Positions 23,832-37,305 are shown, counted from the whole stretch's first letter. The stretch is DNA of 62,191 nucleotides, filler included, from Globobulimina sp. (GCA_003354225.1; 34 parts of 34 records of this genome joined end to end with filler, not necessarily neighbours in it), one strand, 5' to 3'. Program-made: numbers and translations. The notes: generated by a model not told the origin, from the letters alone.

Positions 23832-25284
23832 CGCTTACTGGCGTAACATCATCTAAATACAATTCAATTGCGTCTCTTACATGTGTGCCTTGCATTGGTC
23901 TTCGAAAATGAATACTTGGCAATTCTGCATTTAATATCATTGCTTGTGCGTCTTTTAATTCTTGTTGTGTGGTAATGCCATCCACGCCAAATTCGTCCAG
24001 ATTGTATACTAATTCTGCATCGCTTGCAAATGTTATAAACGATACTTTCAATGTATATGTGTCTGCATCGCCAGTCTCTGCATACGATATATTACGAACG
24101 ATATCATATGCAGAGCTAATTACATTTGCACTGAAATTCTTGGCATATTGCCAGAATGTGCCTACATCTTCAAATATAGACCACGATGTATCTAAAAATA
24201 ATACTAACTCTATATTCTTGCCCTGGCAATATGGATCTACATCAATTGGCGGTATATATTGCCAGGTTGGAGCCGGACTGGGCGGGAAACAATATTCTGT
24301 ATTGTACATATTTTATTTTAATAGCAATCGGATATAAAAACACGAAAAACAAAAATTACACTGCTTTTTATATACAAAAATTGACATGAAAAACAAAATG
24401 AGTTTATATAGAAAATCAAACCTGTAACGTTGACGCAAACAACATCCCAATATTGCACCTTTTCAGGTGTTTGCGTGTATTTTGCAGAGATTGAGGAATG
24501 TTCATTTGTTCCATGGGAAGAAATATAAGTAATACAGGTTGGCATCGATGGCGAATCTACCTTAATGTCGTACATTGCGGACCAATCATCTGCAGGCGAC
24601 GCGGTATAATGTCTCTGGAACAATGCCCATACATTATCTGTAGTAAACTCATCAAAGTCTGGTGGTTTAAAAAATATAACATTGTCGAAATCAATGTCTT
24701 GATCGTAATATGAATGCGGCACATTTTTGTGGTTATATAATGTGTAATTCTTTAATGTCTGGTTATAATTTGTATCAACATCGATGAAACCCCAACCTTG
24801 TGACGATACGGATAGATCATGTCTGCCAATTACAATGAATGACTTGTCATTTAAGCATTGTTCAATACAGACTGCTTTGTAATCATTATTATTTTGTACA
24901 GCACATGTTTGGCAATCTGAAATTAAAAGAAAATGGATTTTTTGATGTAGAAGAAATGTAAATGTATTTGTATATTTTACCTTCGTTCCACCCAATTCCA
25001 AGCCAAACACGGTCAGGGAATATTGTTTGAAAATAAATATTTCCACGATACATTTCAAAATATACTTGTCCTTCATCTGTAAATAACGAAAATGAACCCC
25101 AAAATTGTGGTCCTTGGCCGAAACAGTCTTGATCAATAGTTCTCAAATTATATGCTACATCTCGTGGTAATGCTGATTTTGCGGTGTCTGTTTCGTTGGT
25201 TTATGATGTATAAAGTTGAAGATATGGAGGACAATAGAACAAACATAGTAATATCTCAAAGATAAAAACGAATAATAGTTTCAT
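23832..25284 (-). CDS. Secreted DOMON-like + von Willebrand A protein (multi-exon; in-frame TAA at 25201-25203; 3' partial)
   Basis: Signal-like MKLLFVFIFEILLCLF; VWLGIGW (DOMON-like); ELVLFLDTSWSI (MIDAS-like), VSFITFA, GTHVRDAI. Confidence 0.7.
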
Positions 25285-25819
25285 CGGAATGACAGGATGC
25301 TTTACGCTTTAAATATGTTTTTTACAGTCGAAGTTTTTTTTGATTTTATCTAATGCAGCTGTCAACAAAAACTTTCCACGCATCTTCGACAACATCCATC
25401 ACCTTTAAACACGCGATTACCAACTATTTGTCGGCGATGTTGTTTTGACAAACAGTCCACAAAACGGCGGTCGCATTACCATGGGAAAAGAAACAGAAAC
25501 ACAAACAGAATTACATCAATACATTGCGGAAACGCAAAAACAGACTGTGAGCACACCAGTGAANNNNNNNNNNNNNNNNNNNNNNNNNNNNNNNNNNNNN
25601 NNNNNNNTTAATTAATTAANNNNNNNNNNNNNNNNNNNNNNNNNNNNNNNNNNNNNNNNNNNNCTGGTTCTAGGGTTGAACTAAGGGTTTTTAAGTAAAG
25701 TTTTAAAGTAAGGAGTACCTAATAAGTTAGATACAATAAATCAAGAGGATTTAGGATAAAAGGTCAGTTCCTTACAAAATCTAAATCAAAATTATCAAAT
25801 CTAATATGTTTTCTACTTT

Positions 25820-27395
25820 CTAGTTTTTCTTCAAAATTTTTTTATCGTTGATAACATTTTGAAATATAGTTTTCCTCCATTTTAATAAATCCAAATCGCC
25901 ATTATACTGTGCAGATAATACGAATTTTGTTTTATCTTTTTTATTTTTTCGAAATCCCAATAATTTCAAAACAGAAATAATACCATTAACATTTGCAAAT
26001 TTTGTTTGCAATTTCTCAATATTTATAGATTGATATTTCATATTTAAAGGTTCTGCAAGAATTCTTTCAATCGCTTTGATCAAAATGTTAAAATATTTAA
26101 ATAAGTCATTCACATTCGAGATATTATGATGATAGATTTTCTTTGTCCCGATACCGATGGTGGTGGCCATCAAAATATCACTCTGTGCGATGTCATGCAA
26201 ATCACGAGCGACATTCTTCAAATATAATAACTGAGCCTCTCTTTCCTTTGCATTCTCCTTCAACGACAACACAAAGACTCTCCCTTTCACTCTGTCCTCC
26301 AATTTGTATCCTAACTGTTTCAATAATTTCTGAAAGATTTGAAATTTGCCCACCCGTTTCTTAAATAAGTCATTATCCACAAATATCATTCGTAAATGCT
26401 GCGCGTTTGGCGATATCAACACATTATTTATGATTCTATGCAAATGCATTAAGGCCATATACAATTCGTCATTGTTTATAGTCATTTGCTCGTTTTCCTT
26501 TTCGTCCTCTTTTATCTTATTCACATAGTCATAAATGATGGTTTTCGAGATTTGATTATATTTATTTAACATTAAAATCGCTTGATTTAATTCATTCTCA
26601 TTCACTCGTTTATATATTAAATATTTCTGGTTTTTTAACACATCATTTGGAAATATCTTATCTTTTTCAATCAACTCTTCAAACCCTAAAAACTCGAAAA
26701 ATCGCAATGCACCCAATGGCCTCACAATTTTTTCCTTTTTTTGTGATCAATTTACAAATTGATTTGTTTTTTTAATAACAATGTAACGCAACTTTAATTT
26801 TACTATTTTGCAAGTTTAATTTCCGATATTTTTGCTGCTGCGGATGTTTCAGGATATTGTTGATGATCTTCTGTATCATGGCAATGGTGGCTCGAGCGTC
26901 CTCTTCGCCGTACCTTTCAAATAAAGTCTGCAATGCCTTGGCAGGCGAACCAATGCGCTGTCTCTGTTTTATTCTGTTATTTTCAATTTGTTGCAGCCGC
27001 AAAATGTCATTTTGATCATATTGTTCGTGCCGTTTATGCCATTCCAACGTGGCTTTCTGCGCTGTTTTTTTTCGTTTATTTTTCTTATTTAGCACTTTCT
27101 CTTTGTTTAAGGCAACGCGTTCACGATGTTTTCGGCGCGATTCCTGTCTCTCTTTCTCTTCTCGCAAAGCATTATCTTTGTCGCTCTCAAATTGTTTCTC
27201 CCGCTCTCTGGCTTCTTTTTCCTTTTATTAATGTATTTTTTATCCTTGCACACATATTTAATGTTATTTCATTTGATTTTATTTTGTATGTACCTGTTGA
27301 GCCTTTTTTTGCTCTGCTTCGCTGATTAATTTTTCTTTGTATTGCTGCACATCTTTTTTATTATTAATTTGGATGTCTTCATTTGGTGTAATTAA
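25820..27395 (-). CDS. Coiled-coil protein with three PUB/PUG domains (5' partial; intron 26735-26792)
   Basis: KIINNILKHPQQQKYRKLNLQN...FLGF; RIINNVLISP...LGY; IERILAEPLNMKYQSIN...LLGF. Confidence 0.8.
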
Positions 27396-27495
27396 NNNNN
27401 NNNNNNNNNNNNNNNNNNNNNNNNNNNNNNNNNNNNNNNTTAATTAATTAANNNNNNNNNNNNNNNNNNNNNNNNNNNNNNNNNNNNNNNNNNNN

Positions 27496-29130
27496 AATAA
27501 TTTGACATCATTATCGAGTGTGGTTTTCACGCCGTTTTGTTTTTGTTCTTGCTCGCTCATCAAATTATTATTTGGCGGTATAATGGGTAATATCTGTGCA
27601 TTATTGGCCAGATTTATATTCCGCGCGCGCAGATTGCCCATATTCTCGCCAGTACCGGCACCGAATATTAATTTCTTGATCCCAAAGCGTAGCGGAGTTA
27701 GATATAGAAACAACGCGGCAATAAAAAACGATAAAGTTATTATATTCTTACCAACATAGTGTTGGATATATTCATGCTCGTCATGCGTATATATAATATC
27801 TTGCGATTTGCTATGAGTGCCATGCATGGATAACAAGCCTTGCTTTGGATTAAATATTTTCAACGCAGAGGCCTGGGCATATTTTTGTGCGTGGTTTGGC
27901 AACGAATGCTGCCATGGCCACGACGGCATATTATTGTGTGCAAACTCAATGGCCGGCGATGGAATATTTGTCTCTGTCTCTAAATCACCGTCAAAGGATA
28001 ACTGCACAAATCTGACCTTATCCCCATGCATTTTGCCATTGCCATATGCGCGCTGTGCAGATTTTAATAACTGTGTCAGTTCCGGGTCGACATTCTCCTC
28101 ATCAATGATCTTGATATCCTCATATATATCCTCATCGATTATGTCGTCGTCCTCGCCATCCACGTGCTCATCACATCCAATATCAGGTAAAAACATATGA
28201 TTTAACAGTGGATTTCTGTTGCAATGGGCAATGGCGATCCTTGTGTCCTTATCCGACGGCACAATCCATAGACCAATATCCTGTCCGTTATCTAACAAAT
28301 GTTTAGCGGTCGCAAGTGCATTCTTACTGTGATAGACATAGAAATTAAAGATCTCATGATTCGCACTCAATAGCTTCACATTGGTCACTATGCTCGACAG
28401 CGTCTTGCTCCATTTTATCTTTCCGCGCTCGCGATCGTACAGAAACAGCATATATTTGCTGTTCTCGTCCAAGGACTGCCACAGTTGAAACCTCTGCAAT
28501 TGCGACTGCAACGCATGAGAATGTGTGCGTGTGTTGAGATATTTGGCAGCCACGCGATATTCGCCATGTTTAAAGCGCCACTGTGTTTGCGGTATATCGC
28601 TGTCGACATTGACCGCGGTGATTTGGCGGTCGATGCGGGTGACGATTAAGGCCTCGTTGCAGGCGGGGATGTCGTTGGAGGGGTTCTCGTCGGTGATGTC
28701 GGGGATGTTGCCCGCCGGTTTACAGACTTGCCACTGATTGATATCGATCCAGAAGACGGTGTTTTGAGGGTCCACCAAGTACCACGTGTTGAAGGAGTCT
28801 GCATAGCCGGTGTTGGCTGCGAGTTGTTCGATGGTGAAAGGCAACGGTTCTAAGTATTCCTCATCGGATGGATTCTTGCGGAGGAGGTACAATTGGCCAT
28901 CGATGCCGGGTATGACTTGGTTTTCGTAGCTGGTGCCCTTTTGAATTGGTTACGCCAGTGTTTGTATACAGGTTTAGCGGACCTATTACATATTGCATAC
29001 ATACATACCGGTGATTGATATAGTGGTTGGTTGCTGGAGTCTAAATGCATTTGTTTGGAGCCGTGTTCTGCGCTCAATACAGTGAACTTGCCGTCGACTG
29101 TGGTGATTAGCAAATTTGCGTTACTGTGAT
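27496..29130 (-). CDS. IRE1: IRE1-like ER stress sensor, luminal domain + TM helix (partial, spliced)
   Basis: LLITTVDGK, PLYQSP, IPGIDGQLY, LPFTIEQL luminal motifs; TM IITLSFFIAALFLYL; kinase/RNase not on contig so a PERK-like identity is not excluded. Confidence 0.7.
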
Positions 29131-29619
29131 ATGTGAAAGGTGTATGGTGTTAATTGTGCAATTATGTAATTGTGGGCAGATTGTTTAACTCTAGAATGGT
29201 GTTTGAGAGCGTGGTGGGGATCTCGTANNNNNNNNNNNNNNNNNNNNNNNNNNNNNNNNNNNNNNNNNNNNTTAATTAATTAANNNNNNNNNNNNNNNNN
29301 NNNNNNNNNNNNNNNNNNNNNNNNNNNATTTATAAGGTTTTATCATATTGGCCATTAAAAAGAGGTATTTGTATTGATTCACCATTAAATAATTTGCCAT
29401 CATTAAGATTATTAATCAAGAAATACAATGATAAATTTTTAAAATGTGGATATAAATTACAAATTGGAAAAGGGAATAATGTTCAATTTGGAAGTTGTGA
29501 TATTTTTGAGATCGTAAAAGTATAATTTCCAACTCAAAGACTTGTAATAATTAAACTAAACTATTTTTTTGACAGAGACCATAGCTCCGTTTCTCCCTTC
29601 TCAGTAATCGAAAATCCAA

Positions 29620-31059
29620 ATGCCGGTTCGTTTGTGTGTAGGCGACCCGATATTGGTGTACTTGAATAAGGAGGATGCGACGCAGGGAATTGGCCTCATC
29701 AAATACATTGGCTTCATCTCCGGCCATGACATGACCGAATACGTCGGCATCGAATTGCTGGAACAATGTCAAAATGGGCATTCAGGCATAATCAATGGCT
29801 TCCAATATTTCACTGCCAAACCGAACCACGGCATCCATGTCCGAATAAGTAACATCATTCGCAAGTTGAACGCCACCGAGATCGTCATCAAAATGCAAGA
29901 AGTCATTGAAATGTTCAAACAAAAATTGGATCAATACATCAAAGCCCTGAGCCAACGCGACCGTTACATTGAAAACTTGAAACAGACGCACCGCGACGCA
30001 AAGTCACTGCTAAAACAGGCTTACGACAAGATCCAGGCCCTCAAATTCGAGATCCATGCACTAAAAACACAGGCAAACGCCGCCAACATAGCCCCTTTGG
30101 ATGAATGCGTGGAAAGCAACCCCAAAGCCACAGATTTGAAGCCAACGGCGCCGGCACCAAACAAGAAAGGCAGACACGGCAGGAACTTGTCAGCCCAGTT
30201 GAAGCTAGACACCATTGACGATACGTATGCGCTGTCCACGCCAGTCGCCGATGTGCCCACTTTGATCGACCAGTTGGTGCAGAACATGGATAATCGGCGC
30301 CAGTCCTTCAACACCGTACGAACCACCTCGCCCATCACGCCCATGACGCCGGTTACGCCGAGCATCGACGACGAAGTTCGCGACACGCCGGCCAGTGTAC
30401 GCATACATAACGAGGATGAGACGGGCTGCGACGCCAAGAACAGCAGTCTGAAGGGCAAGATCTATGGCAAATGCTTCCCAGACACTGAGGTTGTTTCACC
30501 CAAATCGGCCACGGAGAGCGTGCATACATCGCCTTCGCCGTCGCCCAACGTCTATCAACATAAGAAAAAGTATAAGCATATGGGCGGGAGGAGGCATTTG
30601 CAGCACATATCGGTGGGCACCGAGCTGACTGAGGACACCCTGCTGCACAGCGAAGAGACTCCGGATACGCGCTACGATGAGACACCCGATACGCGCTACG
30701 AACAGACGCCGGAGGTAAGGTCGCCGGAGACCGAGTTTGACGACGAGACGGTGCGCAGTTCGGTGACCTATGATGAGAGTGAAGGGGATGGCGACGCTTC
30801 CGACGAATCGGAGGGTCGCTTGGATGATGAAGGTGTGTTTCTGTTCTCTGTTTTGTATATTTATATTTTGTATATTTCGTTGCTGTATAAATAATGCAAT
30901 CGTCAGGTAACACTACGCCTTGTTGGTCATCGTCAGACAACTCTGAATATTCCAATTCCCAGCACACGCGGGAAAGTTATACATATTCCGACGACGACTC
31001 AGAGTCCGATACGCACACAACGCCAAAACCCGAAACCCCTAAAATATGCAAAAAGAAAA
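29620..31059 (+). CDS. CAP-Gly + coiled-coil protein with S/T/P-rich tail (intron ~30833-30907; 3' partial)
   Basis: GLIKYIG...YVGIEL...GHSGIINGFQYF...HGIHVR; ETPDTRY(D/E) tandem repeat at ~30655-30710. Confidence 0.9.
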
Positions 31060-31159
31060 NNNNNNNNNNNNNNNNNNNNNNNNNNNNNNNNNNNNNNNNN
31101 NNNTTAATTAATTAANNNNNNNNNNNNNNNNNNNNNNNNNNNNNNNNNNNNNNNNNNNN

Positions 31160-32430
31160 CACATTGTAAGTTCTGTTGCGGTGGCTTTCCAATGACAGTT
31201 GCAACTGCTACACAATACTGAGTCCACTCATCATCACAACAATCAGAGTCAAGCATACATACCACTTTGTTGCACTGTATTTAAATTATACACATAGGGA
31301 ATATTAATTATTACTTACAAAATATAATATAAAGTAAATACCTCTGGATCTGTGCTGCAATTGAATGCAGCATCCATTCCACTTAAACAACTCTGACATA
31401 CTGGTGAAGAAATAGGAGAAATGGGATCACCACATGTTATGTCAATGACATACTCGCCATATCCACCATTACCACTCGAAATACCTACTAAATAATTGCC
31501 TGCAGTTACTTGATCTACTATAATTTTTTCTTGTCGACCAAGATCCAATCCGATTATTCCGTTGGTAGTAATATCAACAGCAATTAACGAACTTCTAAAG
31601 TCTGAGTTTCTTGAATCAACTGAAATACTTTCATATCCATGAATATCCGTTAAATTGAAATGATAATAATTCATTTCTTGTGCATTGTTTAAAGAACCGG
31701 TTACACGATCTCCGCAAGTTACTTCTCCTTGTTCTGGTTTAGCAATCACTGTGGCTGCGGCAACACACCAAGGATTCCAACCAGAGCTACAACAGTCACT
31801 ATCCATTCCACAAACTGCAAATTCACATCGAAAATCTGCACTGCAACCTGGACGATCAGTAATTGTTAAACAGTCAGCACATACTTCCTCTGCTGTGGTA
31901 ATCATGTTTGAGTTAATACATGTAACTGTGATATCATATTCACCATAAGCGTCATTTCGAAATCCAATCGTTAACGCGTAATAATCTGCTGTCACAGGTT
32001 CCACAATTAACTGATCTCCGTTATGTGGATACGTGTCCGTTATGCTCCATTTTTCCAAATCGTAAAACATCCACAATGAATCATGACTAAGTGATTCAAA
32101 TTTTATCTGTTCATGTTCCATCTTAGATGAATCAAAAATGTACCAATTTATATCATTTGGTTTTGTTGTTGAACCAACAATTCGATCACCACATTTAATA
32201 AATCCTTTAGGTGCTTTTGCAATACTGGTTGCTGCTGCAATACAATAACGATCCCATTCCACAGTGCAACAATGTGGTAACAGTTCACATACATCTGCTG
32301 CACATGTTTTATCCGCAGCACACGATGCTTCACCACCAATGTAAGTTAAGCACTCAGAACACTGTTGTGATAGTGCTAATTTTGCCAATGAAAACAGCAT
32401 TAGTAAGCTGTAACATATTGTATGTTTCAT
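31160..32430 (-). CDS. Secreted protein alternating 8-Cys modules with PPC-like beta-sandwich modules (intron ~31220-31340; 3' partial)
   Basis: Signal peptide; three CxxC...C..D..C...VC.....CC...W...C..AA modules; two CGD...G...N.Y.F...YGEY.I..TC modules. Confidence 0.75.
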
Positions 32431-32991
32431 TGTTGTTTGTTATTGCTTTTGCAATTGTTTAGTGTTTCTGATTGTATGTTCTGAGTTGGAAACTTATTCT
32501 GAAAATGCTTTTGTTTGTCGGAAAAAATGCTATTAAAAGTTAATTGCCAGAAATAGTCATAATTATGTGATTATGAATTGTTGAAACTGTGAAATGTGAA
32601 ATTAGCTCATTTCGTGGCCTTTTGTGTATACTATAATTTCAAATAATATACAAAGATTTCCTGCAAAATATACTATTTTCACGTTAGGTATGATTCATTG
32701 TACAGTAGTGTTCCCGATAAGAGATACGCATATGATTAGCTAATATATATGATTAGAACTAATATATTGATCATATACTATATATTATATGGAAAATTTT
32801 TTTATTCAGTTCAATTTAGCTTCTGTCCAGTTGATTTTCTAAACTTTTTTTTTACAAATAAACATCCGCCATGGTTGAAACTCTGTAGCATNNNNNNNNN
32901 NNNNNNNNNNNNNNNNNNNNNNNNNNNNNNNNNNNTTAATTAATTAANNNNNNNNNNNNNNNNNNNNNNNNNNNNNNNNNNNNNNNNNNNN

Positions 32992-34723
32992 GTATGTAAA
33001 ATTGGATGATTCCTTCTTAACTGTAGAGCATAGTTGGGATCGAACAAGTCCTCCATTCTGGTGTAACGATTTTCATGTAAAGCCCAAAAATCTGCTGGTT
33101 CATCCACCGGTTCAGTAACAATAGCTACATCATTAAAGGTCATGTCTTTACCACAATCTTCAAAGGGCAATATAGTTCGGGTAGAATTGTCTTGCGCCAT
33201 TTTATTTGCACATACTTCAATAGATCTCAAATTACCATCAAAACCATACCAATACTTGCCAGGAATTGACCAATATCGCTCCATCGTCTCGACACCATTT
33301 GGAAACCATGCTTTGTTTGCTACTAAACTTCTTGACATTGTATACCAAGCAGGAGCACAGTCCATAGTAAGATGATCAGCAAAAATGAAAAGACAACTTT
33401 TGCTTCGCGACACTCCCACATTAGTACGTCTTGGATCGTATAAGAAACCAACCAAAGCTCTTTGAGACATCAATGACGACTGTCGGAAATTAATACCTGG
33501 AAAATAGTATGCAGGATCCGTTTCAGATGTTCCTTGTTTAAATTTAGCCATTGTCGGCTTCCAGTGATGACTATATAATTGGTCAAATGGTATACATCGA
33601 CTAGTGTCCAACAAGACTATTGATTTCTCTCTGCCTTGGTAGGAATCAGTTGTAGCCAAAATAATCTGAGTTCGTTCTACAGGATCAGTGAAGAGTTCCA
33701 TCATCTTTTGATTAACCAAATAACGTTCACCTTCATAAAAACAAAGGATAACAATACAAGACGGATCGACTTTAACAGGGCCTTTAACCAACATGTAAGC
33801 AAAACGAACTACAGCATTTGCAAATGATCGATTACCTTTACTTGCTCCACAAGTAACATGTTCAGGACCACGGACTCCGAACCACCAAATACCATATCCA
33901 GCACGTCCTTGAGGAATCACTGAATGAAGAGCAAAATCCTTTCCAAGTCGTTTAGCATCCTCTGGAGTATAGTATGATTGCAATTGGTCACCATAATAGA
34001 ATCTAGATAAAAATGCAATAGAAGGTGTACTGGCTCGGAATGACTTGTTCAAAGTAAAGGCACGTAACAATGCTTTAACATCATCATTCTTGTATGGTTT
34101 GTAGCCCATATCATGACTCATCGCTGTTCTTGGTTGAGTTGCATCCTGTAATAAATTAGCCGGAACAAAGAATCGACTCAATGGAGACTTCTTCATCATC
34201 TCTCCTCCAGAACCAATAGATGTTGCCATCGGGGTCAGTTGTTCTTGATCACCAATAATAACCAGTAGTTGAGCGAATTTGGGATCAAATTTTGATATCA
34301 TTCCCAACATGTCTAGTTCTTTCACTTGTCCAGCTTCATCGACCATAATGGTAGTAAAAGTCATAAAATCATTGTCTCGCATCCAACTACCTTGAGCCAT
34401 AGTTACGGTTGTTACTATTATATTAGGTTTTAAACCGTCTGGTTCAAAAATAACAAACCGGATGCACAATTTTAGTGCATCTGCCATGGACTTATCATAA
34501 CTAGTAACTTGTTTCTCCAAATCTTCAACATCTTCTCCGTCCTGAAGTGGATCGTAACCTGGGACCAATCGTCTTTCCTTAGCATCGTTCAATCGGGCTA
34601 TTGTTTCCATCCAATCTTTTTCAGCGCCCATATATTCAGCAGCCCGTACTTGGTTGCCTTTGTTTATGCAACCACCAAGCAATATAGTTTTGTCCCAAAA
34701 AGAACGAATATCTTCAATTAGGG
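32992..34723 (-). CDS. Superfamily 1 helicase, UPF1/DNA2/NAM7 type, C-terminal half (partial)
   Basis: MVDEAGQ, IIGDQEQL, LNKSFR, TTDSYQGREK, RTNVGVSRSK. Confidence 0.9.
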
Positions 34724-34823
34724 NNNNNNNNNNNNNNNNNNNNNNNNNNNNNNNNNNNNNNNNNNNNTTAATTAATTAANNNNNNNNNNNNNNNNNNNNN
34801 NNNNNNNNNNNNNNNNNNNNNNN

Positions 34824-35121
34824 GGCCTGGGCAATCAACTAAACTGAATTGTAGTTGTTTGACGGTAGTATTTGAGATTTGTTTCAGTAGCTTTTGTGGC
34901 AATTTATTTGTGGGAATGGAGAAACATGAAAAGCCTAATTCGATGGTGATGCCTCGTTCTTTTTCTTGTGGCGATTTGTCAATGGATGCTGTTGAAAAAT
35001 GTGTGGACAATGCACGAGCTATGCTTGTTTTGCCAGAATCTACGTGTCCCAAGATACCAATATTGATGTTCAATTTATTCAATTTATTCAATTTATTTGC
35101 ATCAACTTTTTCCTCTGCCAT
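34824..35121 (-). CDS. EEFSEC: Selenocysteine-specific elongation factor EFSec, N-terminus
   Basis: NINIGILGHVDSGKTS.ARALS...TAS.DKSPQ..ERGITIELGFSCF...LVDCPG. Confidence 0.88.
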
Positions 35122-35151
35122 TCAAAATAAATAGTTTTTCACATACAAAAT

Positions 35152-36396
35152 ATGCTTCCAAAATCACGTCAAAAATGGTTCAGTTTGAACCGCTACAAAA
35201 TCAAAACATTGTATTTCATTGCATTTGCTTTTGTAATCTTAATTGTAATCATTGAATTATGTTTGTTGCAAGAGATTGTTTTATTGGATTTGGATGATTT
35301 GAATGAAATTACGATGAATGATATATTGTGGACAGATTCTTTTGGAAAACCACCATTTCGCATCGATATTGTAATTACGTGGGCTGGAAACACCAAAACA
35401 AACGACAATCGACTGAGAGATAATGGAGAATTAATATATTGTCTCAGGTCTATTTACCATCATATTCCATGGTTCAATCATATTTACATCGTTGTAAATC
35501 AAGAAACAAAGGATGATATTAATTTAATTTTACCTGCAAATATGAGCATTGTTACTCATTTGGAAATATATGCCAACAAAGCAAATATTGTCAATCAGCG
35601 ACATAGCTCCTCGATAGAATCCAACCTTCACCGTATCCCAAATTTGAGTGATTATTACATTTATTTCAACGATGATTTTTTTATTGGACAAAATTTGAAA
35701 TGGAATTTCTTTTTTATCTTTGATCAATTTCAAAATCGTTTGATTCCACGGATTCCATATATTACATATATTGCTTATACATTTGGAGCAAACTGGTGGA
35801 ATATATTTCGATTCTACTCATTGGACAGCATTATCTCTCCGTATATTGATACTTTGCCATGTTTAGAATCAGAATCATCAAATTATGACATCAAAACTGC
35901 AGAAATTCCTTTCAAAAATCATAAATCGATGATGAGGCATTATATGGATCATATGCCACGACCATATTATAAAAATGATTGGATTCAATTTGAAAATGAA
36001 TATCCAAAGTTTTTTAACTTTATTGAAGAAAAAAAGAATCGAATCGTAAATTGTGAACATAAAATTGTGTCCATTACAAAACATTACCTTCGGAGATGGT
36101 TAAATGGTGATATTAAAATTAATAAAATGTATTTTAAATATTCTGATTTATGGTATTCATTTTTAATCCAATATTTTGCACATTATTTAATTGAAAGAAG
36201 TCCTTATCATTATTGGATATTTGGACAAAATGTAAAGAATTTGGATAAATTTGAATATCACTTAAATCAAATTGCAATCAAGAAACCATTTACAATTTGT
36301 ATCAACGATGATTTCCCAAAAAACCGTACATTGCATTTGCTGAAACTCAGGAAATTCTTTAACTCATATTTTCCAAACAAATCTCCGTTGGAATAA
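35152..36396 (+). CDS. Stealth-family hexose-1-phosphoryl transferase, type II membrane protein
   Basis: N-terminal TM; CR1 IDIVITW; CR2 RDNGEL.YCLRSI..HIPWF..IYIV...IESNLHRIPNLSDYYIYFNDDFF; CR4 ICINDD. Confidence 0.92.
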   Translation: MLPKSRQKWFSLNRYKIKTLYFIAFAFVILIVIIELCLLQEIVLLDLDDLNEITMNDILWTDSFGKPPFRIDIVITWAGNTKTNDNRLRDNGELIYCLRSIYHHIPWFNHIYIVVNQETKDDINLILPANMSIVTHLEIYANKANIVNQRHSSSIESNLHRIPNLSDYYIYFNDDFFIGQNLKWNFFFIFDQFQNRLIPRIPYITYIAYTFGANWWNIFRFYSLDSIISPYIDTLPCLESESSNYDIKTAEIPFKNHKSMMRHYMDHMPRPYYKNDWIQFENEYPKFFNFIEEKKNRIVNCEHKIVSITKHYLRRWLNGDIKINKMYFKYSDLWYSFLIQYFAHYLIERSPYHYWIFGQNVKNLDKFEYHLNQIAIKKPFTICINDDFPKNRTLHLLKLRKFFNSYFPNKSPLE

Positions 36397-36655
36397 TTAT
36401 AGTTTTTGTAGTAAAAAACTCTTTAATTTCTGAATGTTTTGTCTATAATCAGTCATCTGATCCTATCAACTGATTCATTGGTGGTCATACACACGCATAC
36501 AATGATACATTCACAACAACACAAAAGTTAATAATACTAATATTTAAATTCACAANNNNNNNNNNNNNNNNNNNNNNNNNNNNNNNNNNNNNNNNNNNNT
36601 TAATTAATTAANNNNNNNNNNNNNNNNNNNNNNNNNNNNNNNNNNNNNNNNNNNN

Positions 36656-37216
36656 GATTTGCATCAAATTGTATATTTATTAAGAGCTGATTCGTTCATT
36701 TGGAAAGATATTATGGCACCTTATGCCAAGTCAGATCATTTTACATTTGTGACTGATTCAGCTCGTCATAAATCTGTCATTGTTTATTCAATCAAAGCGC
36801 ACTCAGTGTACTCACTGCTCTCAGATATTACTGTATTTTGTAAAAATGAAAATAAATTAATTGACAGAGATGCAGCCAGCAAAATGGACGATAAATTGTT
36901 ACAAAAATTTAAATCATGTATGAAACACATGTTTGTTTATACTGTGGTTGATCTGTTTATGTTTAATAATGAAGAACTTGTTATTTTATTTATGGAGGAT
37001 TCTCCAGTTTGGAATGTAATGCTGGATTCAGGAAATTATGAGTGGGTAAAGTTTATGCTGTATTCAGAAAGTGGTGATTTTGTTAGCAATCTGCTGCATG
37101 AAATAGGTTTGATAACATCGAGAGGAGTGACAAATACGGAGTATAGAAAAGAAAGAAAGCATGGTTTAGAAGCTATATATGTTCGATCATCCATGATTTC
37201 TCAATTTCTTTATTGA
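36656..37216 (+). CDS. Hypothetical protein, C-terminal part
   Basis: 185 open codons from contig edge; no motif recognised. Confidence 0.35.
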   Translation, partial: DLHQIVYLLRADSFIWKDIMAPYAKSDHFTFVTDSARHKSVIVYSIKAHSVYSLLSDITVFCKNENKLIDRDAASKMDDKLLQKFKSCMKHMFVYTVVDLFMFNNEELVILFMEDSPVWNVMLDSGNYEWVKFMLYSESGDFVSNLLHEIGLITSRGVTNTEYRKERKHGLEAIYVRSSMISQFLY

Positions 37217-37305
37217 TATTTGAAAAAGAAATGTATCCATTATTTGTCGAATATTATTTTTGTAAAATATTTCTCATTCTGTTGAATTAAATGAATTAAA
37301 CCTTG

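Noticed and set aside
30021-30967. Long antisense ORFs opposite the CAP-Gly gene (and similar ones throughout the track)
   Set aside because: Shadows of real genes on the other strand with no independent motifs
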